Shown here piece by piece: positions 9,988 through 23,800 of a stretch of DNA of 34,392 nucleotides. The stretch covers positions 516,768 to 551,159 of the forward strand of contig WELB01000018.1 in NCBI GenBank assembly GCA_009602725.1, in the 5' to 3' direction. The stretch comes from Spirogloea muscicola. Taxonomy: Eukaryota. Within the stretch, counting starts at the first letter, position 1, and every line of letters starts with the position of its first letter. The position numbers and the translations under genes are program-made. Below the pieces are notes generated by a model. The model did not search any database. It was not told where the DNA came from and saw only the letters and a program-made list of their open reading frames with translations.

Positions 9988-12556
9988 TGGGGGCTGGCCG
10001 CCCTCTGCTGGAAGAGTCTTGTCTCTCCTCTCTTCTCACAGCCGATTCTTTCATATCAGCAGCCGCTTTCTTCTCTTCTCACAGCCCTCGCCTCCTCTCA
10101 CAGCCGCTTCCTGATCTCACAGCCTCATTCTCACAGCCATTTCCTCTACATTGCAAGCGCTGTACTTCTCATGGTGGGGTTTAGGTTGGGTTTCAGCTCC
10201 CTTCTTCTGTCAGAGCCGGTCGCGCTTTTGGCCGCAGCCTCCTGCTTAGACAGGGCTTATTACACACGCCACTTCTCTGGCTTAGACAGGTGACTGGCTA
10301 CCCGGAGACTAATGTCTCTGACCTGCGGCTGCTCAACAGGGGATATCGAGCGCCAGTCACCACTTGAGTCACCGTGTGCTTTCACGCTTTTCTGCAGCCT
10401 CTGGCTTTCGTCAAGGGGACTGCTTTCCCGGCAGCTAGTCTTTCTGAATTGTGGCTGCTACCTGTAGGTTACCAAGTGCTTATTGTACATGGGTACTTGC
10501 CTAACTGTTATGTGTTTTAGCGGACCTTGTCAGTCTTTCTTCACTCTGGCATTTCACACCCTCGCCCCCTTTGAAAGGGCTCACTTCCTTCTCTGGCCCT
10601 TGCTAGAGTTATTCATTCTTTTCTGAACTGACCAATCACAACCATCGCCCTGTACTGGAAAAGTCTTATCTTTCTATCAGAGAAATGACTCTCATTGCCC
10701 AGGTATATCGCATGCGCCCTGTCAGTATCGCTGCAGCTGACAATGGCACATGCGGAGCATCTGCCTGTCGCGCTTTGGCTGTGGACATGGGACCTGCTAC
10801 CCGGAGACTAGTTCCTCTGACCTGCGGCTGCTCAACAGGATGTATTGAGCAGCCAGTTACATCCATTGCCCTCTACTGGAAGAGTCTTTCTTTCGAAGCT
10901 GCGGCTTCGCTCTCGGAGATGAAGGCTTGCACCGATTACCCCCCAGATAAGATGAGACGGCTCGCTTAAATGAAACAGCTCTTCCAATGTAAGGCAGTGG
11001 CTGTGAGAGGCCAGCCCCAAGTAGGAACAAGGACGTGGTCTCTTGATCACTTTAGGACACGGTCTGAATGGAATCTGGAAGGAGAGGACCGCAATCTCCT
11101 ATCTCCACATTTATAGAAGTCCTCGCTATTGATGCCTGCTCCTAGCGACCACTGTGGACGACCATACCAGCCGCATCCCCGCACAGAAGAAGAAAATGTG
11201 GCACTCCCAATAGGGGCAAGGGCTGTGAAAAGCCATCCCGAAAGAAATTGACATAGATTCGAAGGGGCCAGATAGAGAGAAGGCGCGCGGGGCGCATGAA
11301 TTGAAAGGGAGGCCAATTCAAGCCAATACATTGTTCAGGCAGAGTCGAGTGCAGAAAGGGGCCAGATACGGAGGGCTCTGCCGGCACGAAGGTGCAGCGC
11401 GCGGGCCATAGACCTCTGCAGCGAGACGGCCAGGCGCATACGGTACACTTGCGTCAGCGACCCGGCTGCAGGAAAGTCCACCGGCTCCACATGGAAGCGA
11501 CGGGCGATGGCGTGGCGGGCGAGCTGGTTGAGCAGCTCGAGCCACCCAGCGCCCCATGGGTGTCAATTGCCAACGGGAAGGCCACTTCTTCTTGCCCCTT
11601 AGTCGCTGCTAAGCGTTCTTGGCCCCTTCGAACCTTTGTCAATTCCCTTTTCGGGCTGGCTTTTCACAGCCCTTGCCCCCTTGGGAGTGCCACTTCTTCT
11701 TTCACAGCCCTTGCGCCCCTTGGGAGTGCCACTTCTTTTATTTCATACGCACCGCGCACCTCCTCTCTTCTGGGCTGGCTTTGCTGGCCCCCCCTTCTCT
11801 ATGGGCGAGCACTTTCTTCTCTTCGGAATTGTATGTGCTCACCTGTGGGTACTATGTACTGTTACCTTTGCCACCTTAGCATAGGGCTTCGCTTCATGTA
11901 GCCCCATTTTGTGCACCAATCTTTTGCGTAAACAATGTATTGGTTTGAATTCGGCCAGGCCACCCATTCATTCCATGCGCACCGGCACGCCTTCTTCTCC
12001 TCACTTTAGGTCTCCGTATTATGTAGCCTTGTTTAGTTTGCACTAGGCTCTGCCTGAACACTGTTTTGGCTTTGGGGCCTTCGGCGCAAAGTGGCTCGAC
12101 TTGCTTCACCGCCTTGCGCAGCAGGCCGCGGCCCGCCGCCACGGGCAGCAGGGCGAGCAGCCCGGCTTCAATGTCGCCGGGTCCCTCGCGCAGGTCTTCC
12201 GCATGCGGTTGGCCGTCTCGCTTCAGCGGTCCCTTGCGTTCGCAGTCCACTTGCGCGCAGGCCGAGCTTTGGCGGCGGCCTCCGGCTTCTGTCAGGGCGA
12301 CGTCTTTCCCCCGGCTAGCTACTTCGACTTGCATCTCCTGACTAGAGGTTACTGAGCGTCCTCTGGCTGTTGTCTTCGTCCTAGTCGAAAGGCTTGGACT
12401 GTAGTGTAGTTCTTTAGCACCTCTTTCGTTGGCTTGGGATATTGTCCATTCTTTTTGGGCTGGCTTTGCCAGCCACTCTTCTCTATGGGCGAGCACTTCT
12501 CTGTTGGCTTGGATTGGCCTCCCTTTCATTTCATGCGCTCCGCGCGCTTTCTCTTC
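9988..12556. mobile_element. Nested cluster of CRE-like retrotransposon 3' fragments between the convergent HK and GALAK genes
   Basis: Same peptide as the first cluster at 10700-10850, 11375-11580 (-) and 12066-12355. Same 3' motifs at 10546-10592, 10972-11020 (-), 11195-11270 (-), 11275-11345 (-), 11654-11740, 11770-11820, 11880-12000 and 12436-12556. Confidence 0.85.
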
Positions 12557-13423
12557 CCGATACTTGGTAGCCAGCGCTGCCTCAACCGGTCACACTTGAT
12601 CTTATCTGAGCGTCGCCCCGGCCGCCGCGCGCCGCGCGCGGCGTGCGCGCCGGCGGCGGCGCCGTGATTACTGCCCGCGCAGGCCAGCGCGCCCAGCGCG
12701 CCGTGAGCCCATTGATCGCCCTGCGGGCTGCGCGAACACCGAAGCGCCCGGCTTGCTGCCCGTTGTCGCTGCGAGGCTGCCGGCCGTGGCCCAGGCCCTC
12801 GGGAGGTGGCTGTGATGCGAGCACTGAAGTGGGCGCCGTGGCCGCCGCCTCCTCTAAGGCGAGCGGCCCAGCATGGGCTCAGCGTTCCGGCGGCGGCCTG
12901 GTCTCTCTCAGCTCTCCTTCGCTGTGCATGGGGCCGCCGCTGCCGGGGCGCAGTGACTGAGACCCATTGCCCTTACTCTCCTTACTCAGCTGAGCTCTCC
13001 CCGCCTTCGCCCCGGCTGTTGGCCTCGTCTGTGATCCGAGGCAGCAAGCTGGCGCGAGGAAAATGAGGAAACGTGACAGGTACTGCTGAGAGGCAGCAGC
13101 CCTCTGACGAATGCCAATCATGTCGTCTGATTCCTCGCCACTCCCCGCATTGGGCCCATGGGCGCTAATTGAGCGTCTTCCCTCAAGACTTTTGCTGCTT
13201 GGGGTGAACAAATACAAAGGGACGCTGCCATAGCTGTAGGACCTTGCACTTTGCTCACCAACACCTTCCTGCTTAAACACAACAGCAAGATGTAGCCTTT
13301 ACAACAGTTACTGTTCTCATTGAGGTCAGACCAGGGGATCACCCATCACGAATTGTTGCACAGTAAAACGAGACGCGCTTTGATTTATGTCCAATAACAT
13401 ACTCGGGCTGTGCTGCAATGCCT

Positions 13424-16400
13424 TCATTGGAGGATCCTTGCCCCGTCCGCCGACTGGCAGGCGACCACGCAAGGCAGCCCCTTTAGGTTCTTGACAAGGT
13501 CTGGCTGCAGCGCAGTATATTCCTCCTGGACAAAGGCGGCACAGGCTGCTGCACTCTCTCGCTCGCATAGGGCGATGCAGCATCCACGGAAACCAGCTCC
13601 ATTGAAGCGCGCTCCCAGGACGCCGGGTGCTCGGAGGAGGATCGATCGCAAGTCCACCAGGGGTGCACAGCCTGGGAGACCAGGTTAAGCAAAGAATTGG
13701 CACCTTCCCTTACAGCTGCGACTGCGAAGTCATGGTTCTATCCGAATTGAGGGACATCCTCCAATGGCTAAGGCAGCCATGCAGCCGCAGCCACAGCCGC
13801 AGCCACAGCACAGCTAGCCACAACTGCCAACTTGACTTTGATATACCGCATTCGTAATTGTCGATGGAACTCTGGCCGGATAGTGACATCAGCCTGCCAA
13901 ACGCTCTCATGTCACCTGTCTCCCAAGCTTCTACCCCTGCAAGCAACAACTTGCGGATTGGAAGGGAGCATCATCAACATTGAACCTGAGATCGAGAAAG
14001 AACACCGAGCTGTCAAGCAGCTGATGAGAGAGTATACGAAGACTCAGAAGGCTGGGCCTCCCTTTGTGTGATGAGAGCCGAAGACGTGTGCCGACTGCCC
14101 CACGCACCTTGATGTACTCGGGCTGCTTCAGTAAAGAAATGCTTGGCCCGGCGCCCAGGACCTCCGTCCAGTAAATTCTGAAATATTTACATCCTTTGCG
14201 ATCTCAGCATCAAGTGGCCTACTGGTCATTGCACGTGTCCTCATGCTTTGTATGATGGCATATGGCATTTTCCAGGATTTTAGCCCTCACCTTGAATGTG
14301 CTGTACTCCTCATGGCTGACTGAAAGAGGAGCAAGCACGGCGTATATGATCAGCATCTATCTGACACAGTGGCAGCTAAATAATCGTATAGTGAGGCTGA
14401 TGTCCCCAGCCTGTTCTACTGCGAGGCGCCAGCAGTAGGAGAGCATTACCATGACAAAGTTGAGCATCCACGCTTTGCTTCCCTGCAGCTCTGCATGAGA
14501 GGGCCAGATACTTGTCAGGCAAGTTATACTCATGATGCCTTCGAGCCATAACAACAAGCTGCTACAAGTACAGCTGTCCAAGTGCTCTTAATCTACCTAC
14601 CTGACACCCAATAAAAGCTTGCGGACTACATGACTGCAAGGGCAGAACAATGGCGCCACATCTTCTTAATGTGATCAAAGTTCACTTGAGGACTCCATCA
14701 TACCTGAGTAAAATTTGGGCAGCTTCTTGACACTCCTCAACTCTTCGATTGTAGCCTGAAGTGCTGGTAAGAGCTTGTTGAAGGCCTGAGAAAGCAAGAA
14801 GGAAGATGTAGGTGCTCTCCCACTCGCCATTCTCTGGGCTGGTACTGTAGATTTCTGCTGGCTGACAGTCCTTGGATTTCTGGTCGTGATTGCCATATAA
14901 TGGACTTGTACAGCTGCTATGTTCAGGAGGTGGCTCACAGCCTTGCAGAACTCTCACGCTTGCATGGCTTTGATGCCAAAGAGCTCCAGGCATCACCAGC
15001 CGGTGAGATCTGTCCTGCAAATACAAGCACGCATATGTTAGCTGGTCTAGGCAGTGCACACGGTAGAGCTACTTTGTCAAGCAGGGCACATAGGCTATTG
15101 AGTATGTGCCACTTATTTTAGATGGCCAAGCTCTTACAGAATACAGTGGCACAAATGGTGCAGATAATGCAAGCAGGTGGTCAACTTACTCTGCAATTCA
15201 TCAAAGTCAACAGGCTGTTCCTTGATAACATGATCGCAGATTGGTCCAGAATTCCATTTTTCAGGCCCAAAAAGTCATTCTCAATCAACCTTCACAGATT
15301 CATTAATGAGAAGATTTAGCTTTTATCTTGCACATCTTACTGGTTCGACAGTGAGATGAGCTCGACTGAAAAGAGCATCAAATGGGCCGAGCATAGCGTA
15401 GTCATTGACAGTGAAAGAACTCATGCAATGTACTGATCACATTTGGATGTCAGCACCAAGACTGACAACCATGCAGGGACTGACTGGCTACCAGGACTGC
15501 TATGTTGCACCAGAGGCGTAGCTGGTGCATTGGTAGCTGATGCAGTGTCCTTGTTGGATAGGAGATACCTGTCGAGTTCAATATTCTCAGAAGCGCTTAT
15601 ATTCAGGCAATTAGCTTCTTCAAGGGCCAAAAGGCAGGCCAGCCCCACCTGATTGTGCATCAAGAATGCAATCAAGGAATCTGCCTGGCCAGTGAGATTT
15701 GACTATTTGACTTGCAAAGGGGCTTGCTTGCAGACTGCAAGGCACCGTCAGCTATGTGCCTTCGCTTAACGATTGAAATTACAGCCACCTCAGGACCTAA
15801 CAAGTCATAGTGAGACAAAGATATTGCATCAGAGTTACCACTCACCGCCGCTGACGAGCTGAGACCTGAACTTGCAAATGCTGCTGAACCTTCAAGCACT
15901 CCAACAATACCCTGCACACCATTAGGGCACAGCTTAGCTTGATTGATCAGTATGGGGTTGACAGCAACCTGCACAACTAGAGGTTTAGCCTAGAACCTGA
16001 ACAGTGAACATATTTGTGCATGCTTCATGTGGCATGGTGATCACAGTGAAGCAAGGCCCCGCAGGTCGCTGTTCTCTGGCTCTGGCTCAGAGAACAGGTC
16101 TTGACCTGTGTCAGGGTGTGCTTCCTTCTCTTGAGCGCATATGTGGCACCTCGAGCGAACTTGCCCCACTGCTCGTCCTCCAATGCTGGTAGGGCCTTGA
16201 CATCATCAGAGATGCTGCACGATGTGCAACCACTGGCAGTCAGATTCTCCCAAGCTTGTGCAGGAGGTCTCATATCCTCCTTTTGCTTCTTATATCCTCC
16301 TTTATGATTGTTCTTACACAGCTCAACACATCTGGAAGGGGTACTTGCAGTAACCTGAACTTGACGTCGCCTGCAAATTGCCGCGACCGCAAGTGGACCT

Positions 16401-17502
16401 GTCAGCAAAGAACTTCAGCGCCATCCTTGCAGCTGATAGTGAATTCTGCAAACTCCAAGCCGAAGGTACTGCAAACTCCTGACCTCTTAGCCTGTAAAGC
16501 CCCACAGCATGCTACAATTGACAGCTACACTGATCATAAGTCCCTTCCGTTTACTGAAAGGGTGGCAGGTGGCACCAGATGAAAGAAGTATGCAAACCCT
16601 GACCTGGGAGCCTGCTGAGGGGGTGAAAGCCAATAGAACACCACAATTGAGGGCCAAAGCTGTTACAGGTCCCCCCTGGTTGGAGGACGAAGGTGGCATT
16701 GAGAACTGAACTCATAAGTAGGACAATCCTGAATAAGCAACCTCAGAGTACATGGAGCAATCAGTATCAGCATCACATAGCAGAGATTTCCTGGCAAAGG
16801 CAGCAGTAGCTGCTTAGAATATTCTGATGAGGATATAAGGACCAATCATTGAAAATGACGATCCCATATGGCTCTCACTCTGAGTGAGTGAGGCGTTCGA
16901 AAAGCTTTGAGGCATTCGAACAGGTGGCTGCGACAAGCACACTTTTATTGACAGAGAGCAATGAAGTAAGCGCGTCGATGATCAACCTGGTGATCAATGT
17001 GCGCTCCGAGCGGGCAGATACGGTACGGCGAGGCAACAACTTGCACGTGTTTTCGGTCTAAGCTGGCCATGTGTGCTGCATCTCCCACCAAGGTGTCCAC
17101 CTGGCAAAGTAATGCAGTAATGAGGACAACTCTCCCTATGGAAGCACACAAGGCAAAGCATTTTGTTACCAAGTCCAAAGGCTCCAGTAAACTCAAGCAA
17201 GTAAGAGTACGCACTGCATATTGACTATCAAATTGGTAAAGCGTTCTGCCTCTTGCTGGCAGAGTGCTGCGCTATGCTCACAAACAGTGTGGAACGTGCC
17301 ACCCCCTTGGATTACCAGCGGCGCACCTGATCAGGTGTTGGCCATGAGGCAGCCGTGGTGGCTGGAGCAGCTGCCACCACCTGGCCGACGGCAGAGGGGA
17401 CCATGAAGCAGAGGTCACGCCGTCCTGACCAGCGGCCAAACCAGGCCGAGACCTGGCCCCGTCGACCTCCTGGCACGAGTCGTAGCCTTCAAGGCCTCGC
17501 AT
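13424..17502 (-). CDS. GALAK: Galacturonokinase (GHMP kinase family), about 487 aa, 15 exons; start may instead be the ATG at 17404
   Basis: Exons 17502-17467, 17380-17327, 17100-16987, 16675-16604, 16398-16355, 16214-16106, 15911-15846, 15648-15569, 15289-15190, 15014-14704, 14490-14450, 14319-14291, 14177-14108, 13936-13847, 13671-13424. Motifs SWPT, PYRICPLGAHIDHQGG, SGLSSSAA, LIENDFLGLKNGILDQ, SSIDNYECG and GARFNGAGFRGCC match plant GALAK. Confidence 0.93.
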
Positions 17503-17799
17503 GCCGAGCTAGGCGCGCGCGCGCCTCCCTGCCGGTGCCTGCCGCCCCGTCGCGGCAAGCAGCGGGGCTGCGGAGCGGAAGGCCGTGTCTCGAGCTCCAC
17601 TTCCGTCGCCCGAAGACAGCACACCTTCCACTTGTCCTCTACTGTAGTCGAACGGCAGGCCGCCTCTTCGTTGTCAACGGCGGGTGCGATCAGTGGGCTA
17701 CCAGTGGGCCACCAAAGTGCAAACATTTCACGCTCGGCATACTGTCCTAGTAGCATTAAGAAGCATTTTCTGAGCAGATTTACTTTGAAGATTGTCTCT

Positions 17800-20200
17800 C
17801 ATAAGGGAAAGTGGCACTGCCAGTGGGTCCTACAAGAGAGAGAAGGCGGTGCGCATGAAAGGAGAGGGAGGTCAAAGCAAGCCAGTACACTGTGTGTATT
17901 GACAAGGAGGATAAAGTAAGAGGGGTTAAGGTAGCAAAACAAGGGCGTATTGGGGTTGGAAAAAAGTGAGCTCTTCTAAGGCGGGCGAGGGCTGTTAATG
18001 GCCAGCCCAGAAAGAATGAACAAGGTCCATAGGGCCGAAAGGCGCCAGGCTCCCACAGCTGTGCAAGAGACTATAGCGAATGGGAGCTTAGTAACCCCGA
18101 GTCAGCAGCCGCAAGTCGGAGTAACTTGCAGCTGGAAAAGGGGCACCTCGATGAGACCCGGAAGCAGCAGCCATTGCTTGGCCTGCCCGCAAGTGCACTG
18201 CTTGGGCCACGGACCTTGGAAGCACCCGTTGGTAGGGGACACTCTCTTTACCTCGGCACAAGAAAGTAAGCTCTTCCTGAGGGGGCGAGTTGAAGAAGTG
18301 AGCTGTGCTAACGCCCGATCTGCCAGCGCAGCCAACTGTTGGGGGGATCGGGGGCAACTCTGACCATCGCTACCGCGCACGGCTTGGGGGCCGTGACAAG
18401 CCGGCAAAAGAGAGAAGGCGCGCTGTGCGCATGAATATAAGGGAGGCCAATTCGAGCCAAAACATTGTTCAGGCAGAAACTAAGGCAAAGCAGTAAAGGC
18501 CAAATAAGTAAAATGAGCCCTATGCTAATGTGGCTAAGGTGACAGTGTGACGTTTGTACCCACGGGTGAGCACCGACAAGCTTGGGGAGCCGGAGCGCAG
18601 CCACGGAAGTGGGTGGCCTGACTTAGAGCGCGCCCAGCACGCTGATGAATAACCAGAGCTTGCGAGCGATGCAAGTTAAGCGGAAGCCGCATTTTGCAAA
18701 AGAGAGTGGCTTTGCCAAAGAGGGCGAGGGCTCTGAAAAGCCAGCCCAGAATGAAATTGACAAGGTCCGAAAGGGACCGAAAAGTGCTGAAGGACATAAG
18801 CAAGTGAGTATGATGTTCACTTCAACCTCTTCAGCTACCTAGTAGCCGCAAGTCAGAAAGACTTGTCGGAAATGAGAGAGACTCTTCCAGTAGAGGGCGC
18901 GATGCTTAATATTGGCCAGCCAACAAGGAATGAACAAACTTTGAAGGGGCCAGAAAAGCGATAAAGCACACAGCGACTCCAAGTGGCAATGGAAAAATCA
19001 GCTCATCCAACTTACAGCATTGGCTGTGTTAGAGAATGAGAGAAGGCGCGCAATGCGCATGAAATTGAAAGGGAGGCCAATTCTAGCCTGACAAGTGTCC
19101 TGGTAACGGGGTAATGAGCTGGCTAAAGGGGGCACTAATATCCTCGTTGAGCACATACATATCTGACAAGCTAAGCTGAGGAGCCAGACCACCACCACGG
19201 AAGCCACAAGCCTGGCCTAATGCACGCCCAGCACGCTGGTGTATCGCGAGTGCCTGGGAGCGCTGTAGAATCAATGATAGCCGCATTCTATAGCAGGCAA
19301 CAATGGCTTGCAGGACGTTAAAATGAAGAGTTGTGAGAGGCTGTGAGAGGCTGTGAGAAGAAGAGTTGTGAGATGCCAGCCCAAAAGCAAGCGCGGCAAG
19401 ATTGACTGGTGGCTGGGAGAAGCCAGCCCAAAGGAATGGACACTGGCCAAGTGGCCACTGGGTTTTCAGTATGCACTCTTGAGAGAAAGCGCGGCCAGAT
19501 TGACTGGGGGGCTGGGAGAGGCCAGCCCAAAGTAATGGACAAGGTCTGAAGAAGCCGGAGTGCTAAGGACTAAGACGTCAGCAGCGAGACTCTCAGTGAC
19601 CTCTAGTCAGGAGATGCAGATCTGAATAGCTAGCTCTTGAATTGCTGGCTTTTCCAGCCCCTCTTCTCTATGGGCGAGCCCTTTCTTCTATCCTCAATAG
19701 GCGAGCACTTTCTTCTTGAGCAGCCAGGTCAGAGAAGCTAGTCAACGGGTAGAGAAAGCGCGGCCAGATTGACTGGTGGCTGGTAGGGGGTCCCCTATCC
19801 TGCCTCTGGCTCTGTCCAGGGGACCCACTTCCAGGACCCTAGCCTCTCTGATTTGCGGCTGCTTAGCAGGGGTTACTGAGTAATTTGTAGCTGCTTTCTT
19901 TCTTTGTGTGCTTTGGTTTCTTAGCGCTTCCTCTGGCTTCCTCTGGCCCCCTTCTCGTCCTTTGTTCATTCTTTTTTGGGCTGGCTTGTCCAGCCCCTAT
20001 CCTCAATGGGCGAGCCCTTTCTCCTATCTGTAGCCGTCCGGTATTCGGGCATCAGTTAGTGACCTCTATGTGCTGACTCGTGGTTACTGAGCGGGTCAGC
20101 TTAGCAGCAGGGTGACATACATTTGTCAATGTGCTTACCTTTGTACTTGGCCACACATGGCCCTCCATCTCTCAATACAGTCTCCTCATGTAGCCAGAAG
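17800..20200. mobile_element. Nested cluster of CRE-like retrotransposon 3' fragments (mostly minus strand) between the divergent GALAK and GT106 genes
   Basis: Peptides VHLRAGQAMAAASG..YSDLRLLTRGY (18088-18230 -) and RSQAL.IHQRAGRAL (18560-18690 -, 19140-19290 -). A plus-strand copy at 19800-20025 is near-identical to 292-504. Multiple 3' hairpin motifs. Confidence 0.85.
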
Positions 20201-20837
20201 CTGCAGCTATAGCGCGACCGGCACGCAGATGCCGGGAGAGCATTCCCCTTGTCGGAAAGCCGGAGGCAAAAAAAGGTCAAAAAGCCCAGGAGCGAGCGTC
20301 CCAGGAAGGACGTCGGAAGGCGCGGACAGAGCCGTTCGGCCGACACGTTCCGCCACCGAGGCGCCTTTGGCCCGGGCTCGCGTCCCAGTGACGGCGGTAC
20401 CACCATCTGGCGACGGTAAAACAGGCTCCCGAAGGCGTCGGTTCCCACAGTCCGCCGGCGGTCGCCATCGCCGCCCCCGCTGCCCGGGTCGCCGGCCCCG
20501 CACCCCCGCCGCGGCGGCGCTCGCCTGGCCTCCCCCCTCCATGGATGAACCTGGCTGGCCTTCACAGCCGCTCGCTTGACATTAGGAGCCCCTCGTCTCC
20601 TTCCCCATCGCCGTCGCCCCGCCGTCGCCGGCCTGGACCTGCGCTTCCGCGGGCGCCCGCAGCGGCCCCTGCGCCGTGGCGCAGTGGGCCCGGGATGGAG
20701 GCCAGCTGCGGCGAGCAAGGCGGAATTGGCGGCGGACGTGCCGCGGCTTCTGGCTCTGGCTCAGTGCTGACCTTGGCGGCGCGGTCCCTCCACGGCCAGG
20801 TCCCGGCGGGCCACGCTAGGCGCCGCCACTTAGCACC

Positions 20838-23800
20838 ATGAGCTCCAAGGCCAGCGCGGGCCGTCGGCGGCAGTGGCGGCGGCGTCCTCGGCGGCTCCTG
20901 CGGCCCGCCGGGGAGTCGCGGGCTCGGCCGTGAGCCGGAGCCGTCGGCCACGCTGGCGACCGCGGCGGCCGCCCGCACTGGCGCCACAAGGCGGCGCCCG
21001 TCGGAGCTCGTGGCGGCGCCTTCGACACCTTCTTCTTCCTCCGCCGCGGCGGCGATCCTTTGGGCAGCGGCAGTGGCTCCCCGGCGGCGCAGGCGCTGGA
21101 CAGCCTCGGAGCCACCAGCTCGCCATCGCCGCGCCACGGAGGCGCCGCCGGCGCAGCGATCTCGCCGACACGGGCCGGCAAAGGTGACGCCATGTTCGAG
21201 ACGCCCGAGTTCAAGCGGCAGGCGCGGCGGGCGGCTGGCAGGGCCCGGGAGCAGGGCCTCCTGCGCGCCGCCGTGCAGGCCGCCGCGTCAGGGGCTGCGC
21301 TCGTGGGCAAGCGGCGGAGCCTGCGGGGCGCCGCCTTCTGCGGCCTCGCGGCGCTCCTGGGCGCCCTGCTCGTCGCCAAGGTCGCGTTCGGCCTGCTGTC
21401 GTGGGCCAGCTCCGATGCCAAGGTCTGTGACCGCCGCTCCTCTTGCTGCAGGCATCGATTGATGGGTGACGCAATTGAATAAGCTTTGCATGCATTCCAG
21501 ATTGGCGCTTGGCGGCGCTCTCTTGTGGGTGCACAATAAGCTGCAGAAGCTGCACAACCTGCAGCTGCATTACAAGCATGTAGCTGCAGAGCGGCTGAGA
21601 TTGGCTCGCTTGCTCGGGTCTCCATTGCCAGGCGGATAGCTCCTTCGGAGGCGGTAATCGCCATGGCCGACCGGAAGACGGCGAGCTGCATGTCTTGAGG
21701 CCTGGGGACGAGCAGCTGGAGGGCGCCCTGGGTTTGGTCAAGCGGGCCCCCCTCTCACTGCGAGCCCAGGTATCGTGGAGCTCCGGGCGTGCAATCTAGC
21801 AGCAGAGTCCAGCAACAGATATGTGCATGTTGTGCGCCAGCCTTATCGGTGTACGTGCAAGCCTTAACGGCAAAATGACCTTGACTATCCAAGGCAGGTG
21901 CAGATGGTACTTTTATGTCCACTTGTCACGATCCTGGCCAGCTGAAGTCCTGAGTGAAGTATACATTGCCATTATGCAATACATTGATGACTTGCCGGTT
22001 GCAGGCCAGAATGCTGACAAAAGTCTCACTGTGTCCCCGCTCCGGCTCCTGGTAGCAGTCTGCTGTGGAGGCCACGCTGTGGGCCAAGTCGCCCAAAGCG
22101 GCGAGCTACCGTCAGTGCATTGAGCTTGCAAAGGGCTCCGCAGGTGAGCTGCTGCCAGCCAGGGCCTTTGGTCATGTATGGTAGCCTCCACCATCCATCA
22201 CATTACCAGTGACAAGCAGGAGACTGGTCATTCATGAGTGGAAGTGGTCCTGTGTCTGTCATGCTTGGGCTCTCACAACTATTTGAGTGAAATCAGTGCT
22301 GAGTGCTTGCTAAAGACAGTCTTATTGTAATTCATCATGCTGCCAAGCGTAGCTGTCTTGGCTCCATTTTGAATGGCCTGCTAAGAAGTAGAAGTGGGTC
22401 GTCAGCTTCTGCTTTGCTGCAATGAGCTAACAGCAAAGCCCCCTACTCAGGCTTGGTGGTGACATTGGAGCAATTCAGACCTGAGTCATCTGCTTTGTGC
22501 TTGGCTGTGGTTGCAGTGCCCAATCCTGATACAACCAGTGGGTATTTGATGGTCACCGCCAACGGCGGCCTCAACCAAATGCGTGCTGCCGTGAGTCTCT
22601 CGTACACCCCACAGTGTGTAGCTCACATGCTGACTGATTACATGAGCAAACACTCAAGTGTTGGAATAGGATCAATGGCTTATTGGCTGGAGCACACTCG
22701 CAGATCTGTGACATGGTCGCTGTGGCCCGCCTCATGAATGCAACGCTGGTGCTGCCTCTTCTTGACCACACATCCTTTTGGAGTGACCCAAGGTAAGGAT
22801 CAAGGTCTTGTTCTCTTTTAGATGCACGGTTTCCTCTCTCGTGCTTTGCTTGAGCTTACACTTGGTGTGCAGCCCCCTTTAAGTGAGCATCATGCTGTGC
22901 AAAATTTGCTTGCAGTGTGTTCGAGGACATCTTTGATGTCGACCACTTTATGGAGGTCTTGAAGGATGACGTCACGGTTGTCAGCGCGCTGCCGCCCGAG
23001 CTGGATGTCAAGCCAGTCGAGAAACAGCCCGTGTCTTGGTCCAAGGTGACACCTCCGCCTAGATGCAGTTATACGAAGTGCCAAGTGTCATAGCAACAGG
23101 CAATGTGGGCTTACATTGCTCATTCGACATGAAATGTGTGTTAAAGATCTGCAGGATATGACCTGTGGCAGATTGTTCACTCTTATGAAACTTTTAGGAT
23201 TGCGGGTGCCTGTTTGCAACCTCAATCTCTCTCAACCTGGTACCGTGGCCAGGGTTCTTACTACAAGGGCGAGATGCTGAAGCTCATGAAGCGGCACCAA
23301 GTCATCCACTTCCAACTTACTGATGGGCGCCTGGCCAACAATCACCTGCCCGACCAGATCCAGAAGCTCCGTTGCCGCGCCAACTACCGGGCGCTGAAGT
23401 ACACGGCGGAGATTGAGGCAGTTGCTGAAGCGCTTGTCCAACTACTCAAACAGCACGGGCCTTACATTGCACTCCACCTCCGGTCAGTCTTGATTGTGCC
23501 TACTTACTGCAGCAACAATGTTATCTATGGCTTCTGTGTGGCATCCTGGAAACCTTCAAGTGACTGATGTCCTGGAGCACTGATCTACCAGATACGAGAA
23601 GGATATGCTGGCCTTCACCGGCTGCACCCATGGTCTTTCAGATCGGGAAGCGGAGGAACTGAGAGTGATGAGGGTGGAGAATGATAGGTGGGAATATGCC
23701 TCTCTTGCTGGGAAGTCTTCTTTCATCACTAGCTTATGCACTCTCTTTTGCACTAGCTCTTGCCTGCACAGTGTATTGGCTTGATCTGGCCTCCCTTTCA

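Noticed and set aside
20562..21741. Several long minus-strand ORFs
   Set aside because: Antisense shadows of the GC-rich GT106 5' region.
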